Shown here: one piece after another, positions 1 to 8,782 of the stretch
How positions within the stretch are numbered: the stretch's first letter is position 1
How the letters are laid out: each line of letters starts with the position of its first letter
Source of the DNA: an uncultured delta proteobacterium
Lineage (GTDB): Bacteria > Desulfobacterota > Syntrophorhabdia > Syntrophorhabdales > WCHB1-27
Direction of reading: 5' to 3'
Length of the DNA stretch: 64,000 nt
Assembly: GCA_963810935.1 (NCBI GenBank)
Contig: CAWEPK010000016.1
Coordinates: forward strand, 128,001-192,000
Translations under genes and position numbers: made by a program
Notes under the pieces: model-generated
What the model was told of the DNA's origin: nothing
What the model saw: the letters and a program-made list of their open reading frames with translations, nothing else
Databases searched by the model: none

Positions 1-503
1 TGATCGCCTCCCTGTTCATCGCAAAATACGGCGCGATCATAGTCCTGTCCGACTTCGCGGGCGAGAACGTTTTCCCGCTCCTCCTGGAAAGGCTCAACAT
101 TTACACGGACCCGCAGCGCCCGATGACAACGGATCAGGGCATCTACCCCATCAACAACCCGGACGCGTCCTCGCCGGTCCTTGTGACCTGCAACTTCTCG
201 CTGACGTACTTCATAGTCACCGGTGAGATAGAGAACTCGCGGGTGCCCACGTGGCTCTGCGTTATGGACACGGAAGGCCTCTCGGTCATGACTGCCTGGG
301 CCGCCGGCAAGTTTGTCGCCGACACGGTCGGACCCTTCATCAAGAAGTCCGGCATCGCGGACAAGGTCAACCATAAGAAGCTGATAATCCCGGGTTACGC
401 GGCCGGTATCCTGGGCGACCTCGAAGAAGAGCTGCCCGGGTGGGAGATAACGGTCGGCCCGAGGGAAGCGGCGCACTTACCGGCATTTTTGAAGAACAGG
501 TGA
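1..503 (+). CDS. acsC: Corrinoid iron-sulfur protein large subunit (ACDS gamma), 5'-partial
   Basis: Frame is open from the window edge: IASLFIAKYG...ERLNIYTDPQRPM...VTCNFSLTYF...GLSVMTAWAAGKF...VGPREA, all typical AcsC C-terminal motifs; followed by acsE. Confidence 0.95.
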   Translation, partial: IASLFIAKYGAIIVLSDFAGENVFPLLLERLNIYTDPQRPMTTDQGIYPINNPDASSPVLVTCNFSLTYFIVTGEIENSRVPTWLCVMDTEGLSVMTAWAAGKFVADTVGPFIKKSGIADKVNHKKLIIPGYAAGILGDLEEELPGWEITVGPREAAHLPAFLKNR

Positions 504-529
504 AAATACCTAACCGAACGGGAGGAAAC

Positions 530-1405
530 ATGCTGATCATTGGTGAGAACCTGAACGTCATAAATAAGAAGATCGGCCAGGCATTCAAGGACAGAGACCC
601 GAAGCCCATCCAGGAGATGGCCGAGGCGGAGACGAAGGCCGGCGTCGATATCATCGACCTCAATCTCGGTCCCGCGCGCAAGGCAGGCGCCGAGCTGATG
701 GCGTTCGTCGTCAAGACCGTGCAGGAAGTCACGGACACCACGCTTTGCCTCGATACGACGAACATCGAGGCGATAGAGGCGGGACTCGCGGCCTGTAAGA
801 ACCGGCCGCTCATAAACTCCATCTCGGCGAGGCCGGAGAGGATGGAGGCGCTGATCCCCATCGCCAAGAAGTACAACGCCCCGTTCATTGCCCTCTGCCT
901 CGGCGTAGACGGCATACCGCGCGACGCGAACGAGAGGGGTCTCCTTGTCGCGGAGCACCTTGCCAAGGCAGCAGAGTACAGCGTGTCGGAAGAAGACATG
1001 TGGATTGACCCCATAGTCCTTCCGATCAATACACAGCAGATACAGGTGCAGGGCTGCACCGAGTTCATGATGATGCTCGGCGACATCGCCCCGACCTGCA
1101 AGTCGACGTGCGGCCTTTCCAACATCTCGAACGGCGCGCCGGAGCACCTGCGCCCGGTCCTGAACAGGTGCTACGCCATTTTCCTGAAGCGTTACGGCAT
1201 GTACTCGGCCATCGCGGATGCGTTCGACATGGAGCTGCAGGCAATAGCCAAGGGCAAGATGGCCGATATGGAAGCCCTGGTATACAAGGTCATGGACGGC
1301 GAGGCGCTTCCTTCGAGCCTGTCGAAGGAGGAAACGGTCTACGTCAAGACCACACGGGTCCTCCTGGGTCAGACGCTTTACTCCGACTCGTGGCTCGAGC
1401 TTTAA
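530..1405 (+). CDS. acsE: Methyltetrahydrofolate:corrinoid/iron-sulfur protein methyltransferase
   Basis: ATG at 530 after GGAGG; MLIIGENLN, IDLNLGP, INSIS, IDP, CGLSNISNGAP pterin-binding motifs; directly after acsC. Confidence 0.93.
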   Translation: MLIIGENLNVINKKIGQAFKDRDPKPIQEMAEAETKAGVDIIDLNLGPARKAGAELMAFVVKTVQEVTDTTLCLDTTNIEAIEAGLAACKNRPLINSISARPERMEALIPIAKKYNAPFIALCLGVDGIPRDANERGLLVAEHLAKAAEYSVSEEDMWIDPIVLPINTQQIQVQGCTEFMMMLGDIAPTCKSTCGLSNISNGAPEHLRPVLNRCYAIFLKRYGMYSAIADAFDMELQAIAKGKMADMEALVYKVMDGEALPSSLSKEETVYVKTTRVLLGQTLYSDSWLEL

Positions 1406-1414
1406 CGGTGCAAC

Positions 1415-1942
1415 ATGGATGACGCGAGCTTTCTGAAAGAGATAGAGCGGGAGAGCAAAGAGCAGGTGTCGTCCTGCTACCAGTGCTACCGGTGCACGAA
1501 CGGCTGCCCGGTCGTGCAGGAGATGGACATCCTGCCTCATCGGGTTATCCGCTACATAATGCTCGGCGAGAAGGAGAAGGTGCTCTCCTGCAAGACCATC
1601 TGGTCCTGCCTCCAGTGCTACACGTGCAGCGTGCGCTGTCCCAACGATATCCACGTGGGCCATGTGTTCGATACAGCGCGGAAGATCGCGGTCCGGGAAG
1701 GGAAGGCGACGTCCGACGTCTGGACGTTCGACGAGCTTTTCCTCGACAGCGTCAAGAAGCACGGCAGGCTGTATGAGCTGGGGTCCGTCATGTCCTACAA
1801 GATAAAGAAGAAGGATTTCTTCTCCGACACCAAAATGGGCATGGATATGATGAAAAAGGGGAGGATGGGCCTCTTTCCGCACAACATAAAAGACAGGGCC
1901 GGCTTGAAAAAGGCACTGGAGCGCATAGGCCGCAAGGCCTAA
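1415..1942 (+). CDS. hdrC: Heterodisulfide reductase subunit C-like 2x[4Fe-4S] protein
   Basis: CYQCYRCTNGCP and CLQCYTCSVRCP motifs, GRLYE; upstream of hdrB. Confidence 0.92.
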   Translation: MDDASFLKEIERESKEQVSSCYQCYRCTNGCPVVQEMDILPHRVIRYIMLGEKEKVLSCKTIWSCLQCYTCSVRCPNDIHVGHVFDTARKIAVREGKATSDVWTFDELFLDSVKKHGRLYELGSVMSYKIKKKDFFSDTKMGMDMMKKGRMGLFPHNIKDRAGLKKALERIGRKA

Positions 1943-2040
1943 AGGATGTGTTAGAATATATAGCTTAAGACAAAAGACCTATCGCGGCCGGGTTCGGTCG
2001 AAGGGCAGCGAGACCGGCCGCCAAAACAAGGTGGTTCTAT

Positions 2041-2898
2041 ATGGTGACGCTTACGTACTATCCCGGTTGCTCCCTCAAGACGGGGAGCAAGTTTTACGAG
2101 ACCTCGATCCGGAAGGTGTTCAACAACTACGGCATCGAGCTCAAGGAGCTTAATGACTGGTCATGCTGCGGGGCGTCGGCCGCCCATACAGTCGACGAGG
2201 AGGTCGCCCATGTCCTCGTGGCGCGCAACCTCGCAATCGCCGAGAAGGAAGAGCTGAACTTTTTCGCCCCCTGCTCGGCCTGCTACAGCCGCTCTAAAAT
2301 CACCAACGATACCATACGGAACGACGCCGCCTTGCAGGACGAGGTTAACGGCGCCATCGCGCCCCTTCAATGCACGGGCTCGTTAGAGGTGAAGAACATC
2401 GTCGAGGTGCTCGACGATCACGTGGGCGTCTCGGCCATTGCCGCAAAGCGCCGTTTCGACCTGTCGGGGCTGCGGGTGGTCCCCTATTACGGCTGTGTGC
2501 TTACGCGGCTCATGCGGGTAAAGCCGTACGATGACAGGGAAAACCCGACGAGCATGGACGACCTGATAGAGGCATGCGGCGCGGCCGTCCTGCGCTGGCC
2601 CTTCAAGATGGAATGCTGCGGCGCGTCGAAGACGTTGACCGACAAGGGTATGACGGTCCGCCTTTCGGAACGCATAATGGAAAGAGCGATCAAATCCGGC
2701 GCGGACGCGATAGTAACGCCGTGCCCCCTATGCCAGATGAACCTCGACCTGCTGCCTTCGCTCGGAAGCATAAAACCTGCCATACCTATCCTGTTCCTGT
2801 CTGAGGTTTTCGAGCTTGCCCTATATGGCAGTATGGTGGGCATGGCCTCTCACCTCGTGGCCGCAGACGGGGTACTGAAGAAAATCAAGGAGGTATGA
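2041..2898 (+). CDS. hdrB: Heterodisulfide reductase subunit B-like protein (two CCG domains)
   Basis: YYPGCS...CCGA...PCSACY and YYGC...CCGA...PCPLCQ. Confidence 0.93.
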   Translation: MVTLTYYPGCSLKTGSKFYETSIRKVFNNYGIELKELNDWSCCGASAAHTVDEEVAHVLVARNLAIAEKEELNFFAPCSACYSRSKITNDTIRNDAALQDEVNGAIAPLQCTGSLEVKNIVEVLDDHVGVSAIAAKRRFDLSGLRVVPYYGCVLTRLMRVKPYDDRENPTSMDDLIEACGAAVLRWPFKMECCGASKTLTDKGMTVRLSERIMERAIKSGADAIVTPCPLCQMNLDLLPSLGSIKPAIPILFLSEVFELALYGSMVGMASHLVAADGVLKKIKEV

Positions 2899-2902
2899 GG
2901 CC

Positions 2903-3253
2903 ATGGAGAGGCAAGAGGCCCTCGAATATATCAAGGCCCAGGACCCGGAAAGCGGCGAGCGCCTCAAGCGCTTGATAGAACGGAAGTCCCTGCTCCTTGA
3001 CAAGAACATCTACGGCGAGCGCTTCACGGAGCGCCAGTTCGACATGGTCTTCGACCCGCTTTTGCGCTCTGCCTACGAGAAGGCACGGATACTCGAGCTC
3101 CTGAGCGGCGGGGACCGTACGGTTGCATCGCTGGCGCATGACCTGTCGATGGGCAAGGAACGCGTCTTCAACCACCTGAAGGACCTGATCAAGAAGAACA
3201 TGGTTGAGATCGCCGGTTTCAAAGACAGGCACCCCGTTTTCAAAAAGAGGTAA
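2903..3253 (+). CDS. Small protein with C-terminal winged helix-turn-helix-like segment, embedded in the hdr operon
   Basis: GAGG RBS; stop overlaps the hdrA start (TAATG); ILELLSGGDRTVASLAHDLSMGKERVFNHLKDLIKKNMV resembles a wHTH. Confidence 0.75.
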   Translation: MERQEALEYIKAQDPESGERLKRLIERKSLLLDKNIYGERFTERQFDMVFDPLLRSAYEKARILELLSGGDRTVASLAHDLSMGKERVFNHLKDLIKKNMVEIAGFKDRHPVFKKR

Positions 3254-6200
3254 TGAGGATTATGGATAAGGTCGGCAAGGTACTGGTCATCGGCGGCGGC
3301 ATCGGGGGTATGGAAGCTTCCCTCAACCTCGTAGAGGCCGGCTTCAAGGTCTACCTGGTGGACGAGAAGGCGAACATCGGCGGAAAGATGGCGCAGCTCG
3401 ACAAGACGTTCCCGACGAACGACTGCTCCATGTGCATTATGGCCCCGAAGCTGGTCGAGGTGGGCCGTAACGTAAACGTCGAGCTGCTCATGAGCAGCGA
3501 GGTGGTGGCCCTCGATGGCGAGCCGGGTAATTTCACGGCCACGATCAAGAGGCGTCCGCGAAGGATCGTGAAGGAGAAGTGCACTTCGTGCGGACTCTGC
3601 GCGCCTTACTGCCCGCTGGAAGTACCGGCGGACTACAACGAAGGGCTTTCGCGGAGAAGCGGCGCTTTCATCAACTTCCCCCAGGCCATCCCCTCCACTT
3701 ATTCGATAGACCGGGAGATACCGCCCTGCGTCAACAGGTGCCCGATCAACCTTAACGCGCGTGACTACGTCGGCCTTATAGCGGAAGGCCGTTTCCTCGA
3801 AGCCCTCGACGTCATACGGGAAAGGCTGCCGTTCCCGGCTACGATAGGCCGTATCTGCAACCACCCTTGCGAGGATGTTTGCCTGAGGGGCGAGAAGGTC
3901 GATCAGCCGCTTGCCATCTGCGCGCTGAAGCGCTTCGTAGCGGACTACGAAGTAGGGCGGCGCGAGATGCCCCTGCCGGAAGTCGGAGAAGACAAAGGGA
4001 AGAAAGTCGCGGTAGTCGGCGGCGGCCCGTCGGGCATGGAGTGCGCCATCGAGCTGCGGAAGGCGGGTTACGGCGTCACGATTTTCGAAGCCCACGAAAA
4101 ACTGGGCGGCATGCTTTACTGGGGCATCCCCGCGTACCGCCTGCCCAAGGACGTGCTCGACCGCGAGACCGCAATCGTAGGGCGCCTGGGCATAGACGTA
4201 AGGTACAATACCCGCGTCGGCAAGGATATCTCCCTTAAGGACATTAAGGCTTCCTTTGACGCGGTATACGTTGGCTGCGGCGCGCAGGGCGGCCGGAAGA
4301 TCGGCCTTGAGAACGAAGACGCTGAAGGCGTCATGACCGGCGTCGAGTTCCTCCGCCTGTCGAACGAGAAGCAGCCCATCGATGTCCATGGCAAAGTCGT
4401 CGTGGTAGGCGGCGGAAACGTCGCGGTAGACGTTGCCCTGACCGTGCGCCGTATGGGTGCGGCCGAAGTCCACATGGTCTGCCTCGAAAAATCGGAGGAA
4501 ATGCCGGCCAGCAAATGGGAGATCGAGCAGACCATCGAAGAGGGCGTAAAGGTCCATCCTTCGTGGGGGCCTCACACGATAAAGACAGAGAACGGGCACG
4601 TCACGGCGATGGAGTTCAAGCGGTGCACGAGCGTCTTCGATGAGCTGGGCCGGTTCAACCCGTCGTACGACGACAACATAAGGAAGGTCTACGGCGCGGA
4701 CATGGTGATCCTCGCCATCGGCCAGTCGACCGAGACCGAATTCCTGAAAGAGCTGCCGGAAGTGGAGCTTATGCGTGGCGGCTGGATAAAGGCGGACCCC
4801 CTTTCCCTGGAGACCGGGGTTACAGGGGTATTCGCGGGTGGCGACATCGTGACGGGTCCCAAGATGGCTATCGATGCAGTCAGCCAGGGACGCGAGGCCG
4901 CGGAGTCGATTAAGCGCTATCTCGAAGGCAGGGACCTGAAAGAAGGGCGCATGGCGAAGGAGACGGCGCTGGTCGTGGACGTCCCGGAAGATATCCGGCG
5001 GCGGCCGCGCGCGGTTGTCCCTTCGATGCCCGTCGAGGCCAGGAAAGGCTTCGAGGAAGTAGACCTCGCGTTCGACGAGGCTGTTGCGAAGCTGGAAGCC
5101 GAGCGCTGCCTCTCGTGCAGGCGCTGCCTCGGCTGCAAGCTCTGTGAGGAGGCCTGCAAGCCGGGCGCCATCGACTATCTGCAGGGGCCTGAAGAGGTTA
5201 AGGTCAACGTAGGCAGCGTGGTGCTCGCCACGGGCCTTGAAGAATACGACGCGAGCCTTCGGCCGGAGCTTGGCTACGGGATGTACCCGAACGTAGTCAC
5301 GAGCACGGAGTTCGAGAGGATACTCTCGGCCACCGGGCCCACGTCCAGCATGGTAATGCGCCCCTCTGACGGGAAACTTCCCGTAAAGGTGGCGTGGCTC
5401 CAGTGTGTAGGCAGCAGGGACAAGACCAACGAGTACTGCTCGTCCGTCTGCTGCATGTACGCCACGAAAGAGGCGATCATAGCCAGGGAGCACCAGAACG
5501 ACATAGAGCCCACCATTTTCTACATGGACATCCGGGCCTTCGGCAAGGGGTTCGAGCAGTACTACGAGAGGGCGAAACACGAGCACGGTGTACGCTACGT
5601 GAAATCGTCCATATCGCGCATACTGGAAGACCCCGACACATCCGACCTGGAAGTCGTCTACACCGATGAGGACGGACAGCTTAAATCTGAGATTTTCGAC
5701 ATGGCGGTCCTGTCGGTCGGCATGAGGCCCGCACGGAACCTGCCGGCCCTGGCCCGGGCCCTCGGCATCGGCCTCAACGAATACGGTTTCGTCAAGTCGG
5801 CCCCGAGCAACCCCCTGGTCACCACGCGGGAAGGCATCTACGTGAGCGGCGCGTCGGAATCGCCCAAGGATATCCCCGAGACCGTGACGCAGGCATCGGG
5901 CGCAGCGTGCGAGGCCGCCTCCATCATAGCGGAGGCGCGCGGCAAGGACCTCGTAGTGATGCCCTTGCCGGAAGAGCGGGAGGTCGCACAGAGCGACGAG
6001 CCGAGGATCGGCGTCTTTATATGCCACTGCGGCGTCAACATAGGCAGTGTGGTCAACGTGCCGGCCGTGAAGGAATACGCTCGTACGTTGCCCAACGTCG
6101 TCGTCGCGGACGAGAACCTCTTCACCTGCTCGCAGGATACGCAGGAAAAGATGAAGCAGTTCATCCAGGAGCAAAACCTTAATAGAGTGATCGTGGCGTC

Positions 6201-7662
6201 CTGCTCGCCAAGGACGCACGAGTTCCTGTTCCGGACGACCATACGCGAGGCGGGCCTCAACAAGTACCTCTTCGAGATGGCCAATATCCGCGACCAGTGC
6301 TCCTGGGTCCATATGAAAGACAAGGAGAACGCCACCGAAAAGGCGAAAACGCTCGTCAGGATGGCGGTAGCGAACGCCAACTACATCAAGCCCCTCAAAG
6401 AGGTCTCCATAGGCGTCAACAAGACAGCGCTGGTCGTCGGCGGCGGCCTTGCCGGCATGACGGCGGCCCTCAAGTTCGCGCGGCAGAACTTCGAGGTCTA
6501 TCTCGCCGAAAAGACGGCGGAGCTCGGCGGCAACCTGCGCCACATATTCACGACGCTCGACGGCGTTGACGTCAGGGAATTCATGGCGAACCTTACGGAG
6601 CAGGTGGTAAGTCACCCCCTGATACACGTACTGACGGAGACGGAAGTGGTCGAGCATGCCGGCTTCAAGGGTAATTTCGAATCCGGCCTGCGGGACATCA
6701 GGGCGAACAAGGTGACCGCGCTCAAGCACGGCATCGTCGTGGTGGCTACGGGCGGCGAGGAATGGAAGCCAAAAGGCCAGTACGCCTACGGAGAGGACGA
6801 GCGGGTCATGACGCAGATGGAGCTGGAGGCGCTCATTGCCGGCAGCAAGGCGCCAAAGGCCGGCCGCGTTACCATGATCCAGTGCGTAGGGTCGAGGAAC
6901 GACGAGCGGCCTTACTGTAGCCGTGTCTGCTGTTCCAACGCGGTAAAGAACGCCTTGCAGCTCAAGCACGCCTCGCCGGACCTCGACGTGGTTATCCTGT
7001 TCAGAGACATAATGACATACGGTTTCCTGGAGAAGTATTACCTGGCCGCGCGCCGGGCGGGGGTGAGGTTCGTCCGCTACGAGAAGGAGAGGCCGCCGGT
7101 CCTCGCAAAGAGCAACGGCAAGCTGACGCTCACCTGCTACGACCCGGCGATCATGGAAGACGTTACGTTCGATACGGACCGGCTGGTCCTTTCCGCGGCC
7201 ACGATACCCATAGAGAACGAGGCGCTGGCCAACCTCCTCAAAGTCCCGAGGACTGCGGAAGGGTTCTTCCTTGAGGCGCATATGAAGCTGCGCCCGGTCG
7301 ATTTCGCTTCAGACGGCATCTACCTGTGCGGCCTCGCCCATTCGCCCAAGAACATACGGGAGACCATCACGCAGGCGGAGGCGGCCGTCGCCAAGGCGTG
7401 CACGCTCCTGTCCAAGGAGCAGATCCTCGTCGGCGGCGTGGTAGCCGAAGTCCAGGGAGACAAGTGCGCTGCCTGCCTCACGTGCGTCAGGGCATGTCCT
7501 TACGGCGTGCCGGTCATAAACGCCAAGGGCGAGGCGGAGATCGATATCAGTAAGTGCAAAGGGTGCGGGAGCTGTGTGGCCGAATGCCCAGCCAAGGCGA
7601 TAGACCTGATGCACTACCGCGACGTCCAGATAATCGAAAAGTCGGGCGCCTTAGTCTCGTAA
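3253..7662 (+). CDS. hdrA: Large HdrA-family flavoprotein (HdrL type): HdrA module with inserted GltD/NfnB-like NAD(P)H oxidoreductase module, fused to a second HdrA module
   Basis: GGGIGG and DKTFPTNDCSMC; insert PPCVNRCP/GRICNHPCE/GGGPSG/GGGNVA/FAGGD/EAERCLSC; QCVGSRD, CSSVCC; second IGVFICHCG, GGGLAG, CSRVCC; C-terminal 2x[4Fe-4S]. Start may be 3262. Confidence 0.93.
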   Translation: MRIMDKVGKVLVIGGGIGGMEASLNLVEAGFKVYLVDEKANIGGKMAQLDKTFPTNDCSMCIMAPKLVEVGRNVNVELLMSSEVVALDGEPGNFTATIKRRPRRIVKEKCTSCGLCAPYCPLEVPADYNEGLSRRSGAFINFPQAIPSTYSIDREIPPCVNRCPINLNARDYVGLIAEGRFLEALDVIRERLPFPATIGRICNHPCEDVCLRGEKVDQPLAICALKRFVADYEVGRREMPLPEVGEDKGKKVAVVGGGPSGMECAIELRKAGYGVTIFEAHEKLGGMLYWGIPAYRLPKDVLDRETAIVGRLGIDVRYNTRVGKDISLKDIKASFDAVYVGCGAQGGRKIGLENEDAEGVMTGVEFLRLSNEKQPIDVHGKVVVVGGGNVAVDVALTVRRMGAAEVHMVCLEKSEEMPASKWEIEQTIEEGVKVHPSWGPHTIKTENGHVTAMEFKRCTSVFDELGRFNPSYDDNIRKVYGADMVILAIGQSTETEFLKELPEVELMRGGWIKADPLSLETGVTGVFAGGDIVTGPKMAIDAVSQGREAAESIKRYLEGRDLKEGRMAKETALVVDVPEDIRRRPRAVVPSMPVEARKGFEEVDLAFDEAVAKLEAERCLSCRRCLGCKLCEEACKPGAIDYLQGPEEVKVNVGSVVLATGLEEYDASLRPELGYGMYPNVVTSTEFERILSATGPTSSMVMRPSDGKLPVKVAWLQCVGSRDKTNEYCSSVCCMYATKEAIIAREHQNDIEPTIFYMDIRAFGKGFEQYYERAKHEHGVRYVKSSISRILEDPDTSDLEVVYTDEDGQLKSEIFDMAVLSVGMRPARNLPALARALGIGLNEYGFVKSAPSNPLVTTREGIYVSGASESPKDIPETVTQASGAACEAASIIAEARGKDLVVMPLPEEREVAQSDEPRIGVFICHCGVNIGSVVNVPAVKEYARTLPNVVVADENLFTCSQDTQEKMKQFIQEQNLNRVIVASCSPRTHEFLFRTTIREAGLNKYLFEMANIRDQCSWVHMKDKENATEKAKTLVRMAVANANYIKPLKEVSIGVNKTALVVGGGLAGMTAALKFARQNFEVYLAEKTAELGGNLRHIFTTLDGVDVREFMANLTEQVVSHPLIHVLTETEVVEHAGFKGNFESGLRDIRANKVTALKHGIVVVATGGEEWKPKGQYAYGEDERVMTQMELEALIAGSKAPKAGRVTMIQCVGSRNDERPYCSRVCCSNAVKNALQLKHASPDLDVVILFRDIMTYGFLEKYYLAARRAGVRFVRYEKERPPVLAKSNGKLTLTCYDPAIMEDVTFDTDRLVLSAATIPIENEALANLLKVPRTAEGFFLEAHMKLRPVDFASDGIYLCGLAHSPKNIRETITQAEAAVAKACTLLSKEQILVGGVVAEVQGDKCAACLTCVRACPYGVPVINAKGEAEIDISKCKGCGSCVAECPAKAIDLMHYRDVQIIEKSGALVS

Positions 7663-7674
7663 AGGAGGAGCATA

Positions 7675-8100
7675 ATGTCGTTCGAGCCGAATATCATAGC
7701 GTTTTGCTGCGAGTACTGAGCGTACACGGCTGCGGACCTGGCAGGTTCGATGCGATTGACCTATCCGACGAACGTTAAGATCGTCAAGGTGCCATGCACG
7801 GGAAGAGTCGATATCATACACATGCTGAAGGCGTTAGAGAACGGCGCTGACGGCGTTTTTGTAGCGGGCTGTCTCGAGGGGGAATGCCATTTCCTGAAAG
7901 GCAACCTCCGCGCCAAGAAGCGCGTGGCGCGCGTACAGGAGCTACTGAACGAGTGCGGCGTCGGGGGAGACCGCGTAGTGATGTACAACCTTTCCTCCGC
8001 CCAGGGACAGCGGTTTGCCGAGATAGCGCGGGAAATGACCGAGAAAGTGCGGCAGCTCGGCCCGAATCCGGCAAAGAACGGGAAGGCAAGAAAACAGTAA
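7675..8100 (+). CDS. mvhD: Selenocysteine-containing MvhD/FlpD [2Fe-2S] subunit (Sec15)
   Basis: AAGGAGGAG RBS then ATG 7675: MSFEPNIIAFCCEY-U(TGA 7717-7719)-AYTAADLAGSMRL, in frame with ORF 7750..8100 (PCTGR, GCLEGECH). The TGA aligns with the second Cys of CNWC in the paralog at 18231. Confidence 0.93.
7734..7748 (+). promoter_or_regulatory. Putative SECIS apical hairpin for mvhD
   Basis: GGACCT-GGC-AGGTTC stem-loop (one G-U pair), G-starting loop about 20 nt after the UGA. Confidence 0.6.
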
Positions 8101-8113
8101 AGAGGGAGATATC

Positions 8114-8782
8114 ATGATTGTAGCGAACAGGAAACCTTTTGAGGAGATCGTGGAGATGTTGAAACCGTACAGCAAGATCGTTCTCCTCGGCTGCAATGAA
8201 TGCGTTACGGTCTGCGCTACAGGCGGGGCCAAAGAGGTGGCCGTGCTCGCTTCCGAGCTGCGCATGCACCGCGAAAAAGAAGGCAATCCCATCGAGATCG
8301 TGGAGCACACGCCGGAGCGGAACTGCGATCCCGAATACGTGGACAGCCTTGGGCCGATGATCGCCGAGGCCCAGGCCGTTCTCTCCATGGCGTGCGGCTG
8401 CGGCATTCAGTTCGTGGGCGAGAAGTACCGCGATAAGCGCGTCCTGCCGGGCGTCAATACGACCTTCTACGGCGTCGCGGAGGAGCAGGGGGTCTGGTCG
8501 GAGCGCTGCCAGGGCTGCGGCAACTGCATCCTCGATAAGACACTCGGCGTTTGCCCCATCGCCCGGTGCGCGAAGAGCCTCTTCAACGGTCCCTGCGGTG
8601 GCTCCCACGGAGGAAAATGCGAAGTGAGCGACGAGATACCCTGCGGCTGGCAGCTTGTCGTTGACCGTTATAAAGAGCTGAACATGCTCGATAAATACAT
8701 GGAGATCCAGCCGCTGAAAGACTGGTCGACGGCCAGGGACGGCGGCCCGAGGAAAAGGGTTAGGGAGGATCTGAAGCTATGA
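8114..8782 (+). CDS. metV: Methylene-THF reductase Fe-S subunit MetV
   Basis: GCNECVTVC, CDPEY, MACGCG, CQGCGNC, CPIARCAKSLFNGPCGG, PCGW; overlaps metF (ATGA). Confidence 0.92.
   Translation: MIVANRKPFEEIVEMLKPYSKIVLLGCNECVTVCATGGAKEVAVLASELRMHREKEGNPIEIVEHTPERNCDPEYVDSLGPMIAEAQAVLSMACGCGIQFVGEKYRDKRVLPGVNTTFYGVAEEQGVWSERCQGCGNCILDKTLGVCPIARCAKSLFNGPCGGSHGGKCEVSDEIPCGWQLVVDRYKELNMLDKYMEIQPLKDWSTARDGGPRKRVREDLKL

Noticed and set aside
3073..7281. 1402-aa minus-strand ORF
   Set aside because: Antisense shadow of hdrL, expected from codon bias in GC-rich DNA; no recognisable motifs. The same applies to other long antisense ORFs such as 395..1882, 25837..27714 and 54818..56101.
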